A DNA stretch of 64,000 nucleotides from assembly GCA_018664485.1 (NCBI GenBank), contig JABJOE010000007.1:132353-196352 (forward strand), written 5' to 3'. The translations under genes and the position numbers were made by a program. Positions 39,926-48,919 of the stretch are shown here, in pieces. Within the stretch, counting starts at the first letter, position 1. Each line of letters starts with the position of its first letter. Under the pieces are notes generated by a model, which worked only from the letters and a program-made list of their open reading frames with translations, was not told the DNA's origin and made no database searches. Source of the stretch: Candidatus Uhrbacteria bacterium (GTDB taxonomy: Bacteria > Patescibacteriota > Patescibacteriia > UBA9934).

Positions 39926-40091
39926 TTACAAAAATTCAAGCAACAAAAGATGCGGCTAAGTGCCGTGTCTTTTGTTATACTGAGACTACAATCATTAGAC
40001 AGCAATCAATCGAAATTGCTTTAGATACCGGTACGTCACGAGGCGGTCACGACAAGCCGATATATGAAGTAATTTTAAAAGATGAAACACT

Positions 40092-40469
40092 ATGAAAACA
40101 ATTCACTGGATCCTCTTTACTATCTCCTTCTGGATTATCCTTGCGCCATTCATTGGTGACGATATCCTCGTTCTATTTTTCGGAGAATTATTTGATCAAG
40201 ACCAGATAGTGAGTCTGCTTCGTTGGGACGACCTCTTCCTCGGACTCGGTATTACAGTCCTAGCGCTCGTTGCAGTCACGATGGAACAAGGCTCAAAAAA
40301 ATACCCTGGCCTCAAAGCAATGCACTGGATGCAGGTAATGCTTGGTACCTGGATTGCCGTTGCGCCATTCGCACTTAACTTCACCTACGAGCAATTCACC
40401 TGGTCACACCTTGTAACCGGTATGCTCGTGACGACATTCGCGCTGATGCACATAACCTACGAACCATAA
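40092..40469 (+). CDS. SPW-repeat membrane protein
   Basis: Two W...G.W...APF repeats, 4 TM. Confidence 0.7.
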   Translation: MKTIHWILFTISFWIILAPFIGDDILVLFFGELFDQDQIVSLLRWDDLFLGLGITVLALVAVTMEQGSKKYPGLKAMHWMQVMLGTWIAVAPFALNFTYEQFTWSHLVTGMLVTTFALMHITYEP

Positions 40470-40497
40470 AAACCGTCTCCTAAACTTGATCATATAT

Positions 40498-41376
40498 ATG
40501 CCATCTGTACGAGACATACCCTCTATTACTGACAAAAAGCTTCATTCACTGGAGAAAAAAGCGAACTTGATTCGCCAAGATGTTTTAAAAATGCTCCGCG
40601 AAGCCGGCTCTGGTCATAGTGCCGGACCACTCGGACTTGCCGATATTTTTACATCTTTATATTTTCACGTACTCAAACATGACCCTAAGAAACCAGGCTG
40701 GAGCGATCGTGACCGTCTATTGCTTTCATGTGGCCATGTAGTTCCTATTCGTTACGCTGCAATGGCGCATGCCGGATACTTCCCAAAGAAAGATCTGATG
40801 ACATTGCGAAAGCTTGGATCCAAACTTCAGGGACATCCGGAAGTGACACAGATGAAATCGCTCGAAAATACGTCTGGACCACTCGGCGACGGTGGACCTC
40901 AGTCCTGTGGAATGGCTTACGTTGCAAAAGCAGACAAACTTCCTTGGCACACATACTGTGTACTTTCTGAGGGAGACTTGGAAGCAGGAATTACCTGGGA
41001 GGCTGCGATGTTCGCCGGTAAAAATAATCTCCACAATCTCACATGGATAATTGATCGTAACAATATTCAAATCGACGGCTACACAGAGGACATCATGCCC
41101 CTTGAGCCATTGGCAGATAAGTTTGCAGCATTTAATTGGACCGTCATTGAAATAGATGGTCACAACATAATGCAATTCGTTGACGCATGTCGTTACGCAC
41201 AGACAATCTGGGAGAACCCGGTCGTAATTATCGCCCACACAGTCCCAGGAAAAGGAGTAGACTTCATGGAGTTTGAACCAGGGTGGCACGGAAAGCCTCC
41301 GGGAAGCGATGAGCTACGTGATGCATTACGTGAATTACGAACACTCGGAGGAACTATTGAAAGTGAATCAGAATAA
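40498..41376 (+). CDS. transketolase, N-terminal (TPP-binding) subunit
   Basis: AGSGHSAG, DRDRLLLSCGH, LQGHP, SGPLG, IDRNNIQIDG, PGKGV. Confidence 0.93.
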   Translation: MPSVRDIPSITDKKLHSLEKKANLIRQDVLKMLREAGSGHSAGPLGLADIFTSLYFHVLKHDPKKPGWSDRDRLLLSCGHVVPIRYAAMAHAGYFPKKDLMTLRKLGSKLQGHPEVTQMKSLENTSGPLGDGGPQSCGMAYVAKADKLPWHTYCVLSEGDLEAGITWEAAMFAGKNNLHNLTWIIDRNNIQIDGYTEDIMPLEPLADKFAAFNWTVIEIDGHNIMQFVDACRYAQTIWENPVVIIAHTVPGKGVDFMEFEPGWHGKPPGSDELRDALRELRTLGGTIESESE

Positions 41377-41377
41377 T

Positions 41378-42280
41378 ATGAAAAATGTAAAAACAATTTG
41401 GATCTGGGTTAGCTCCATAATCATCATCCTATTAGCTGCAATCATACTTGTCTCTCTACGCGGAGCGAGTACATCATCAATGGATCCCGTATATATAGAT
41501 TACGGCTACGATGAGGTATTCATGGAATCAGAATTCGCAGAGTCTGCTGCATCATCGCTGTACCTTGCCGATGGTAGCCTTGATAGGAGTTACGATGACG
41601 ATGTTTCTGAACAAAATTATATTATTAAAACTGGAAGTATTGAGATGCGAGTGGATTCCGTTGCAGATGCCATGGAACAGCTCGAGACTACAGCGGCAAC
41701 ATACGCTGGCTACATCCAATACAGTTATATTGATCGATCCGATGAATTCGTTGACGGGTTCGCAACCGTTCGTGTGGACGCTTCAGTATTCGCTGCTGCC
41801 ATGGACGATATTCAGGGACTTGCAACCGCAATTCACTACTCACAAGTTTCAAGCGACGATGTTACGGAACAGGTTTTCGACATCCAAGCACGACTCTCAA
41901 ACGCTCAAGCAGAAGAAGAGAGCTATCTAGAAGTCCTTAACATCGCAACAAGTGTAGAAGATATCCTAGACGTCAGACGCTACCTCTCACAGGTGCGTGA
42001 AACGATAGAACGTTACGAGGCACAACTTGAATACTACGAAACAGCTACGTCTCTTGCCACGATCAGCGTTGAGATGACTGAAGAGACCTCTATCTTGTTA
42101 GACTCAGATACTTTTAGACCTAGTCAGTCCGTAGTAGAAGCAGCACAGACAGTTGTGTCACTAGCACAATCTCTAGTGATCGCAGTGATATGGATCATCA
42201 TCGTTGGAGGAGGAATCCTCATCCCTATCGCTATCTTCTACTGGCTTGCAGGTAAGGTATATAGACGACTGAAAAAATAG
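41378..42280 (+). CDS. DUF4349 domain protein
   Basis: IIKTGSIEMRV, DVTEQVFDIQARL, C-terminal TM. Confidence 0.85.
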   Translation: MKNVKTIWIWVSSIIIILLAAIILVSLRGASTSSMDPVYIDYGYDEVFMESEFAESAASSLYLADGSLDRSYDDDVSEQNYIIKTGSIEMRVDSVADAMEQLETTAATYAGYIQYSYIDRSDEFVDGFATVRVDASVFAAAMDDIQGLATAIHYSQVSSDDVTEQVFDIQARLSNAQAEEESYLEVLNIATSVEDILDVRRYLSQVRETIERYEAQLEYYETATSLATISVEMTEETSILLDSDTFRPSQSVVEAAQTVVSLAQSLVIAVIWIIIVGGGILIPIAIFYWLAGKVYRRLKK

Positions 42281-42282
42281 AT

Positions 42283-43272
42283 ATGAAAAAGGAGCAACCA
42301 AAACTAGCAAGAAGCTGGAAAAATCCAAGTCGTCTTAAGCTAATCCCTACCCGTAATGGTTTCGGTGAGGGATTAGTCGAAGCTGGAAAGGCTGACAAGA
42401 ACGTAATGGTGATCTCTGCTGACCTTACAGACTCAACAAGGGCAAGCTACTTCAAAGATGCCTTCCCTGATCGGTTTGTTCAGTTCGGAGTTGCAGAGCA
42501 AGCGATGGCAGCAACAGCGGCGGGTATGGCTCTCGCCGGAAAGACGGTTTTCATCGCAAGCTACGCCGCATTTTCACCTGGACGAAACTGGGAACAGATT
42601 CGAACAACTGCTTGTCTACAAAAAGCTAACGTAAAAATAGCTGGAGCGCATGCTGGGATCTCCGTCGGTCCAGATGGTGCAACTCACCAGATGGTTGAAG
42701 ACATTGCAATTACGCGTGTACTCCCTGAAATGAAAGTACTAGTACCATGTGACTCAATCGAGACTCGTAAAGCGACGATTGCTGCAGCAAAAATGAAAGG
42801 ACCGGTATATGTCCGCTTTGCAAGATCATCAAGCCCTGTCTTTACAACAAACGCAACTCCGTTTGCCGTTGGTAAAGCGCAGGTCTTCCGTGACGGATCC
42901 GACCTTGCCATCATCGCCTGTGGACCTCTTGTATATGAAGCCCTGATGGCGGCAGAGGAACTTTCAAAGCTCGGTATCGAAGCTCGAGTTATCAATAACG
43001 TGAGTGTAAAGCCGATGGACGAGAAGACAATCGTGCAAGCTGCAAAAGACTGTGGTGCGATCGTCACAATAGAGGAAGCTCAAGCGGCTGCCGGAATGGG
43101 TTCAGCGGTATGTGAAATAACATCGCAACACTTCCCCGTCCCAGTAGAACGTATGGGCATGCAAGACCGCTTCGGTGAATCCGGAGAGCCCAACGAGCTA
43201 CTAGAGCACTTCGGATTAACTGCTCCGTATATTGTAAAAGCAGCCAAACGAATAATGAAAAAGAAGAAATAG
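42283..43272 (+). CDS. transketolase, C-terminal subunit
   Basis: SADLTDS, GVAEQ, GPDGATHQ, GPVYVRF, DRFGESG. Confidence 0.93.
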   Translation: MKKEQPKLARSWKNPSRLKLIPTRNGFGEGLVEAGKADKNVMVISADLTDSTRASYFKDAFPDRFVQFGVAEQAMAATAAGMALAGKTVFIASYAAFSPGRNWEQIRTTACLQKANVKIAGAHAGISVGPDGATHQMVEDIAITRVLPEMKVLVPCDSIETRKATIAAAKMKGPVYVRFARSSSPVFTTNATPFAVGKAQVFRDGSDLAIIACGPLVYEALMAAEELSKLGIEARVINNVSVKPMDEKTIVQAAKDCGAIVTIEEAQAAAGMGSAVCEITSQHFPVPVERMGMQDRFGESGEPNELLEHFGLTAPYIVKAAKRIMKKKK

Positions 43273-43341
43273 TCATAGGCTCAATTTTGACAGAAAAGGG
43301 GTAAAACAAGGCTTTTTACCTCTTTTTTTGTTCATTGGCAC

Positions 43342-43370
43342 TTGACAAAAGTGCTATTTTGTGCTACTAT
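43342..43370 (+). promoter_or_regulatory. near-consensus sigma70 promoter upstream of the cassette array
   Basis: TTGACA-17 nt-TACTAT with a TG extension. Confidence 0.8.
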
Positions 43371-43552
43371 GTGAGGGTAGTTAAATTTCAAGTCTCTTTA
43401 CAATTTAGTGAATGTGAGCCCACGTTGATATTTTGGGTGATGCCTCTAGGCTCACTCTACCCCCAGCTATAGCCTATGAGTTATAGCTATTTTTATTTGG
43501 GAAAAAGATGAAAGGACAGGCCTTTTCATCTCGGTCTCAAACCGAGTGTTCA

Positions 43553-43673
43553 CACAGCTCTCGTTAGCACGAGAACACCCAATACATTCTCGGTAATCAC
43601 TGAGTGAGGGTGGCAAGCTGTACAAGATGTCCTGGCGCCTATGTCATGGACAGCTATCCCGACCATGGGATAG
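43553..43673 (+). ncRNA. structured repeat element, copy 1 (core; most divergent)
   Basis: CACAGC-TCTCG/CGAGA-CACCC...GGGTG-GCTGTA-TGTCC/GGACA-CTATCCC/GGGATAG, then AGGAG and ATG. Confidence 0.75.
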
Positions 43674-43684
43674 GAGAACATACA

Positions 43685-44047
43685 ATGGAAGAAAAGCTTG
43701 CAACCGATCAGAAGCGCCTCTCAAATGAGTTCCTGCTTGAATTCTTGAGTGCGACTAACAATGACGAGCGCTGCAAAGCGCTTATCAAGGAGTCATACCG
43801 ACTCTGGCCGAACAGGGATGGAAATCTCTACGATGGAGCCGACCACCCGTACTGTGTCTGGGAGAACAATGCCACAACTGCCGTTTCACGCGAGGAGAAT
43901 GCAAAGATCTGTCTCCAACACGCGAAATATGCAGACAGCAACTGCCCGTTCGCAGATGGCGGAGTCCTCTACGACTTTGTCACAACTAGTGTACTTCTGT
44001 GGGAGCCAGAAAAAGCCCGCATCAAAGAAGTTTACGAGTCACTGTAG
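43685..44047 (+). CDS. array cassette ORF 1, 120-aa orphan protein
   Basis: MEEKLATDQ...; AGGAG SD; starts 11 nt after repeat copy 1. Confidence 0.7.
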   Translation: MEEKLATDQKRLSNEFLLEFLSATNNDERCKALIKESYRLWPNRDGNLYDGADHPYCVWENNATTAVSREENAKICLQHAKYADSNCPFADGGVLYDFVTTSVLLWEPEKARIKEVYESL

Positions 44048-44058
44048 TTCTACTATCT

Positions 44059-44259
44059 CCCCAAGCAACTCGCTTGGGGCTCCGCAGAGCACATCACACA
44101 GTGGTGGATTCCGCAGAGCAGGAATACTTCCCGCTTCAATACAGCCCTCGACCAACGAGGACATCTAATACATTCCCGGAGACTACCGGGTGAAGATGGC
44201 AGTCTGTGTAATATATCCTGACATTTGTGTCATGGATAACTATCCCTTGGTACGGATAG
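44059..44259 (+). ncRNA. structured repeat element, copy 2
   Basis: CCCCAAGC/GCTTGGGG hairpin, GCTC...GAGC domain, core TACAGCCCTCGACCAACGAGG...CTATCC/GGATAG. Confidence 0.8.
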
Positions 44260-44269
44260 AAGTATACAT

Positions 44270-44656
44270 ATGAGCGCGATCCTCTTTCTCCTGCTTTCAA
44301 GTCTCCTAGCACACGCAGACGACATCGTCACTACAACAAGGGCCGAAACGGTTGTCGGTTATAGTGACGAGACTCTGATCTCCATAACTTCCGAAGTTGG
44401 AAGAGAGTGCTACGCCGCACGAAAGTGGCGACACTCAACTCTCGTATGCAGCGACATAGCAGTCTACACAATCCTTACGCACTCAGGTACATCATTGAAA
44501 AGTGTCAGTGTACCCATGTCGGCAACGACCTGGAATACTGCTCCGGTACCTGGTAGCCGAATCGAAATTAGGTGCGAAGTAACAGTAGATGAGTACAACA
44601 ACACAAACGGGTACCCGCTATTCATCCGGCGCCTTGATGAGTGCTGGGCGAACTAG
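44270..44656 (+). CDS. array cassette ORF 2, 128-aa secreted orphan protein
   Basis: Signal peptide MSAILFLLLSSLLAHA; 4 Cys. Confidence 0.7.
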   Translation: MSAILFLLLSSLLAHADDIVTTTRAETVVGYSDETLISITSEVGRECYAARKWRHSTLVCSDIAVYTILTHSGTSLKSVSVPMSATTWNTAPVPGSRIEIRCEVTVDEYNNTNGYPLFIRRLDECWAN

Positions 44657-44668
44657 TCAAACCCTTCT

Positions 44669-44864
44669 CCCCCTGGTACTAACCGGGGGCTCGATATAGA
44701 GCATGACAGAATCGTGCCTTGCGTCGAGCTAGATCATATCTGGCCTACATGCAGCCCTCGACCAACGAGGACTTCCAATAATCCGGATTTCCCGGTGAGG
44801 ATGACAAGCTGTACTAGATATCCTGCCCCTCGGGTCATGGATAGCTATCCCTTGGTACGGATAG
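44669..44864 (+). ncRNA. structured repeat element, copy 3
   Basis: CCCCTGGT/ACCGGGGG hairpin, GCTCGA...TCGAGC domain, core CAGCCCTCGACCAACGAGG...GGATAG. Confidence 0.8.
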
Positions 44865-44876
44865 AAGTAATAAGAG

Positions 44877-45404
44877 ATGCCAGAACATCAGAAAACTGAG
44901 GCTATGCTAAAAATGATGGCCAGCCGGACGGCAAAGGAGCTTCCGCCCCTTCCAGATGGATCCAAAATCATTCTGGAAGACGCACCTTCCGGACTCGTTC
45001 TAGCCAGAAACAGTCAGCGAGGAGGAATGTTTAGAAGGTGGAACGATGACAGAGGTCTTTTTCGCCGATTACTAGATCTGCTTCTTGGGTACAGTAGGAA
45101 AGGAGTACCCGTTCGACTGTTCGACCTGACCTGCTCAAACCAGTTCGACCTAGTTGAGTCAGAGCACGTCATAAAGGAAGCGTACATGGAGCTTCGGTGC
45201 ATCATCCAAACAAAGCCCAAACAGGTCTACCGAGAACTGTTTGGTAAAGCTGCACCTCCTCACTGGTCAAATAAGGAGGAGATGTGTATGCATAGACTAA
45301 ATGATGCATTCAAAATCAATCAACGGAACCGCACTGATCTCTCTGGGGTCTTCGCGATCCGGTATGCGTGCGAATGCGCCATAAAAGCAAGCTACCCACT
45401 CTAG
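44877..45404 (+). CDS. array cassette ORF 3, 175-aa orphan protein
   Basis: ATG 12 nt after repeat copy 3; stop 6 nt before copy 4. Confidence 0.7.
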   Translation: MPEHQKTEAMLKMMASRTAKELPPLPDGSKIILEDAPSGLVLARNSQRGGMFRRWNDDRGLFRRLLDLLLGYSRKGVPVRLFDLTCSNQFDLVESEHVIKEAYMELRCIIQTKPKQVYRELFGKAAPPHWSNKEEMCMHRLNDAFKINQRNRTDLSGVFAIRYACECAIKASYPL

Positions 45405-45410
45405 TACCTT

Positions 45411-45602
45411 CCCCAAGCTCTAAGCTTGGGGCTCCGCAGAGCACATCACATCGTGGTGGATTCCGCAGAGCAGGATAATATCCCGCTTAAATACAGCCCT
45501 CGACCAACGAGGACTTCCAATAATCCGGATTTCCCGGTGAGGATGACAAGCTGTACTAGATATCCTGCCTCTCGGGTCATGGATAGCTATCCGGAAGGAT
45601 AG
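45411..45602 (+). ncRNA. structured repeat element, copy 4
   Basis: 5' half nearly identical to copy 2; core nearly identical to copy 3. Confidence 0.8.
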
Positions 45603-45610
45603 TGGTAGTC

Positions 45611-45886
45611 ATGAAAATTCAAACAAAAACAGCTAAAGCGTTCCTTGAAGATAAAGTTGGCACAGCCACCATCCAGCTAATGTGGCTCCTGTTCACAGTC
45701 GAATGGGCATGGATGTTCTCTGGTGTAGCAGAGTACATGATCGCAGCACCAATCGGTGGAACGATCGTAACCTTTATTATCGCCGCGGCAAGTGAAAGCC
45801 GCGAGCAAGCAGAGGCCAGACAAGTGTCGCTAATGTTCCTCGCCTCTCCGCTTGCGTTCGCTATCTACGTCGTCCCTATGTTTTGA
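45611..45886 (+). CDS. array cassette ORF 4, 91-aa membrane protein (about 3 TM)
   Basis: ATG 8 nt after repeat copy 4; hydrophobic segments; CCCCGC/GCGGGG hairpin downstream. Confidence 0.65.
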   Translation: MKIQTKTAKAFLEDKVGTATIQLMWLLFTVEWAWMFSGVAEYMIAAPIGGTIVTFIIAAASESREQAEARQVSLMFLASPLAFAIYVVPMF

Positions 45887-46056
45887 TGAGCTTCACACCT
45901 CTTCAATTCCCTCCCCCGCGCCATCTGGTATAGCGGGGGTTTGAGTTTGGGCTTTATTTTTTACCAATAAACTGCGTGAGCTCAGCAAATTAAGGTTGAT
46001 TTCATTACCTATAGCTGTTTGCGTGAACTGCGTTGTTAGCGTACGATACGCCTATT

Positions 46057-46758
46057 ATGCGACTGAATAAATATATTGCTCAATCAGGATACTGTTCACG
46101 CCGAAAGGCTGATCAGCTAATTGAAGACGGTGTGGTGACCATCAATGGGAATCCATCAGAGGTAGGTCAAAAAGTGGCCCACAATGATGTTGTTGCAGTG
46201 AACGGTCAAAAAATAGAAATAAACGAAAAGGAAGTTTATTTAGCTTTTCACAAACCATTTGGCGTAATCTGTACCGCTGACGAAAAAGCCGACAATACTA
46301 TTTACGACTACCTTCCTACTGATCAACGACTTCTGTATGTTGGTAGACTCGACGTTGAATCAAGTGGACTCCTGATCATGACAAGCGACGGGAATGTTGC
46401 AAACGCGATTGCGCACGGAAGCGGAAGTCACGAAAAAGAATACATCGTAACTGTCGACAAACCGATCAATCGAGCATTCGCTAAAAAAATGCGTGACGGT
46501 GTAATCATCGAAGGAGAAAAAACAAAACCAGCTCTTATCAAAAAAATGCGAGATGACCGATTCTCTCTCATCATCACACAAGGACGCAACCGACAGGTCA
46601 GAAAAATGTGTGAAGCTTTTGGATACAAAGTAAAAACACTTCGACGCGTTCGCGTTATGAACGTAAAGCTAGGAGCGCTTGGCGAAGGAAACTACCGGCC
46701 ACTTACAAAAAATGAACGCCGAGGACTTTTGGCATCGCTAGGAATGAAACAAGCTTAA
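46057..46758 (+). CDS. rRNA pseudouridine synthase (RsuA/RluB/RluF family)
   Basis: S4 domain MRLNKYIA..G.CSRRKAD; GRLD; HEKEY; GRNRQVRKM. Confidence 0.93.
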   Translation: MRLNKYIAQSGYCSRRKADQLIEDGVVTINGNPSEVGQKVAHNDVVAVNGQKIEINEKEVYLAFHKPFGVICTADEKADNTIYDYLPTDQRLLYVGRLDVESSGLLIMTSDGNVANAIAHGSGSHEKEYIVTVDKPINRAFAKKMRDGVIIEGEKTKPALIKKMRDDRFSLIITQGRNRQVRKMCEAFGYKVKTLRRVRVMNVKLGALGEGNYRPLTKNERRGLLASLGMKQA

Positions 46759-46794
46759 GGCCGGTTAATTTCGTTTTCCACTAACTACAAGTAT

Positions 46795-47382
46795 GTGATG
46801 AATAAACGGACGGTACAAATCATTGATTTTTTGAAAACCATTGAGGCTTTTAAAACGATTGAGCGAGAAATCCCAACGTCAGCCGGGCGACCAGAGAGCG
46901 ACGCTGAGCACTCTTGGCACCTAGCCATGTTCCTTATCGCCTTTCAAGCAGAACTACCACCAACCCTCAACATGCAACGAGCACTGGAACTCGCACTCAT
47001 GCATGATCTTGTTGAAATCTACGCAGGTGATACCTTTGCTTTTGATATTGAAGGTCGTAAAACAAAAAAGGACCGAGAAGAACGAGCAGCTGTTCGTCTT
47101 TTTGATAAACTGCCAGACGACATCAAAGAACGTTTTACAAAATTATTCCGAGAATACGAAGACCAAACCTCAATCGAAGCACAAATCGTAAAGGCACTCG
47201 ACAAATTGCAGCCAAGCCTCGTAAATTCTCAACTTGAAGGTGGCACTTGGGCAAAGCATGATCTTTCATATGAGAAAATCATGAAATACAAACGCCAATA
47301 CGTAGAGCCATTTCCGTTCATCGAATCACTAATGGACGACATACTACAGGGCTCTGTAAACGAAGGACATCTTAGTCCGTAA
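46795..47382 (+). CDS. HD-domain hydrolase (HD_3 / 5'-deoxynucleotidase-like)
   Basis: ESDAEHSWHLA, MHDLVEIYAGD, ALDKLQP. Confidence 0.88.
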   Translation: MMNKRTVQIIDFLKTIEAFKTIEREIPTSAGRPESDAEHSWHLAMFLIAFQAELPPTLNMQRALELALMHDLVEIYAGDTFAFDIEGRKTKKDREERAAVRLFDKLPDDIKERFTKLFREYEDQTSIEAQIVKALDKLQPSLVNSQLEGGTWAKHDLSYEKIMKYKRQYVEPFPFIESLMDDILQGSVNEGHLSP

Positions 47383-47390
47383 ATTCTCTT

Positions 47391-47912
47391 ATGATCAAAA
47401 CTATCATTTTAGCTTTTCTCTGGGCAGTTATCGCAACAGCTGCCTGGGCTGGATGGTCCGCAGCACCTTGGGTTCCGAGCAAAACGAAATATAGAAGATT
47501 GTTTTTAGGCCGAATTCCAATAAATGAAGGAGATACCGTTTATGATCTCGGTTGTGGAACCGGAACCGTTTTAATCGATGTACTTGAGAAATATCCAAAT
47601 ACCAAAGCAATTGGCGTTGAAATATCAATCATTCCCTACCTCGTAGCGAAATTCAGGTCATTAACGCGACCCAACATGCAAGTGCGTTACGGGAACCTTT
47701 TTCGGACAAACCTAGCAGACGCCGATGTTGTTTTCATATACCTTCTGGAAAAAGCGTATCCAAAACTGCTCAAAAAACTCCGTGGTGAGCTTAAACCAAC
47801 CTCCTTACTCGTACTTGAAGCCTGGCCTTTCAAAGGAATCGAACCGTGGAAAATAATCAAAGAACAGGACACCCTTCCAATCAATCTATATCGAGGAGAA
47901 GACCTTCAATGA
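47391..47912 (+). CDS. membrane-anchored class I SAM-dependent methyltransferase
   Basis: N-terminal TM; APWVPS, YDLGCGTG, ADVVFIYL. Confidence 0.85.
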   Translation: MIKTIILAFLWAVIATAAWAGWSAAPWVPSKTKYRRLFLGRIPINEGDTVYDLGCGTGTVLIDVLEKYPNTKAIGVEISIIPYLVAKFRSLTRPNMQVRYGNLFRTNLADADVVFIYLLEKAYPKLLKKLRGELKPTSLLVLEAWPFKGIEPWKIIKEQDTLPINLYRGEDLQ

Positions 47913-47940
47913 AATAGGCTGAAGATGATACAATGTACGT

Positions 47941-48915
47941 ATGTATAATCTTCTTACCGTAGGCGACATCAAGCTCGATACCTTTATTTCTATCCCAAAG
48001 GCGAGTGTTCAATGTCAGCTGAAAATGCCGGCCTGCCAACTCTGTATTGAGTATGGTAAAAAAATTCCTGTACACAATATCGTTACCCAAGTTGCAGGCA
48101 GCGCTCCAAATGTAGCTGTTGGAATTGCTAAGATGAAGAAAACCGTCGCTGTGAGCAGCATAATGGGAAAAGACGCTACAAATGTTCTCGCTCTAGATTT
48201 TTTAAAGGAACACAAGGTCGATACAAAATATATTAAGGCTGATCCAAAGCACAAAAGTAGTTTTGCTGCAGTATTGAATTTTAAAGGAGAGTCTACTCAG
48301 CTCGTATCACACGGTGATGTTGAATACCGTCTCTCAAACCGCACACCAAAGAGCGAGTGGATCCATGTATCGGAACTCGGTGGAGGATACGAAAAACTCT
48401 ACAAAGATCTTGTAGTCCTGCAAAAGAAACGGGGTGTAAAAATAAGCATCAACCCGGGTGTGATCCAGATCGAAGAAAGAAAAAAGGAATTGCTCGCCCT
48501 TTTAAAAGTTACTGAGGTTCTATTCGTGAACCGACGTGAAGCAGGGCAACTAATCGGCAAAAGTCACAAAAACGATGTCCGTAAAATAATGACAGGACTT
48601 AAAGACCTTGGACCAAAATACGTAGTAATGACAGATGGACGCGACGGGGCCTACGCATACGACGGTGAGCAGTTAGACTTTGCCCCAATGTTCCCAGGAA
48701 GGCGTGTAGAGGCAACTGGAGCCGGTGATGCATTCACTACAGGGTTCTTGGGTGCAATGATACATGGGAAAACACACCGTGAATCACTAACCTGGGGTGC
48801 TGTAAACGCAGCATCAGTAGTATTCCATATCGGACCCACAGAAGGACTACTTACACATACACAAATCCGAAAACAATTACGAGAACGCCCAAAATACAAA
48901 ACAAAAGAACTGTAG
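47941..48915 (+). CDS. PfkB-family carbohydrate kinase
   Basis: AGSAPNVAVG, VEATGAGDAF. Confidence 0.9.
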   Translation: MYNLLTVGDIKLDTFISIPKASVQCQLKMPACQLCIEYGKKIPVHNIVTQVAGSAPNVAVGIAKMKKTVAVSSIMGKDATNVLALDFLKEHKVDTKYIKADPKHKSSFAAVLNFKGESTQLVSHGDVEYRLSNRTPKSEWIHVSELGGGYEKLYKDLVVLQKKRGVKISINPGVIQIEERKKELLALLKVTEVLFVNRREAGQLIGKSHKNDVRKIMTGLKDLGPKYVVMTDGRDGAYAYDGEQLDFAPMFPGRRVEATGAGDAFTTGFLGAMIHGKTHRESLTWGAVNAASVVFHIGPTEGLLTHTQIRKQLRERPKYKTKEL

Positions 48916-48919
48916 ACAT

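Noticed and set aside
40726-41289. 187-aa minus-strand ORF and similar antisense ORFs within core genes
   Set aside because: They fully overlap well-supported genes on the opposite strand and show no recognisable motifs.
43604-43684. Longer N-terminus for cassette ORF 1, and ORFs 44714-44899, 43749-44168 and 43999-44193
   Set aside because: These frames run through the structured repeat. The SD and the spacing in the other cassettes support ATG 43685.
43553-45602. CRISPR array or classical integron
   Set aside because: Repeats are 120-200 nt and separated by whole genes. There are no cas or intI genes and no attC R-box ends.
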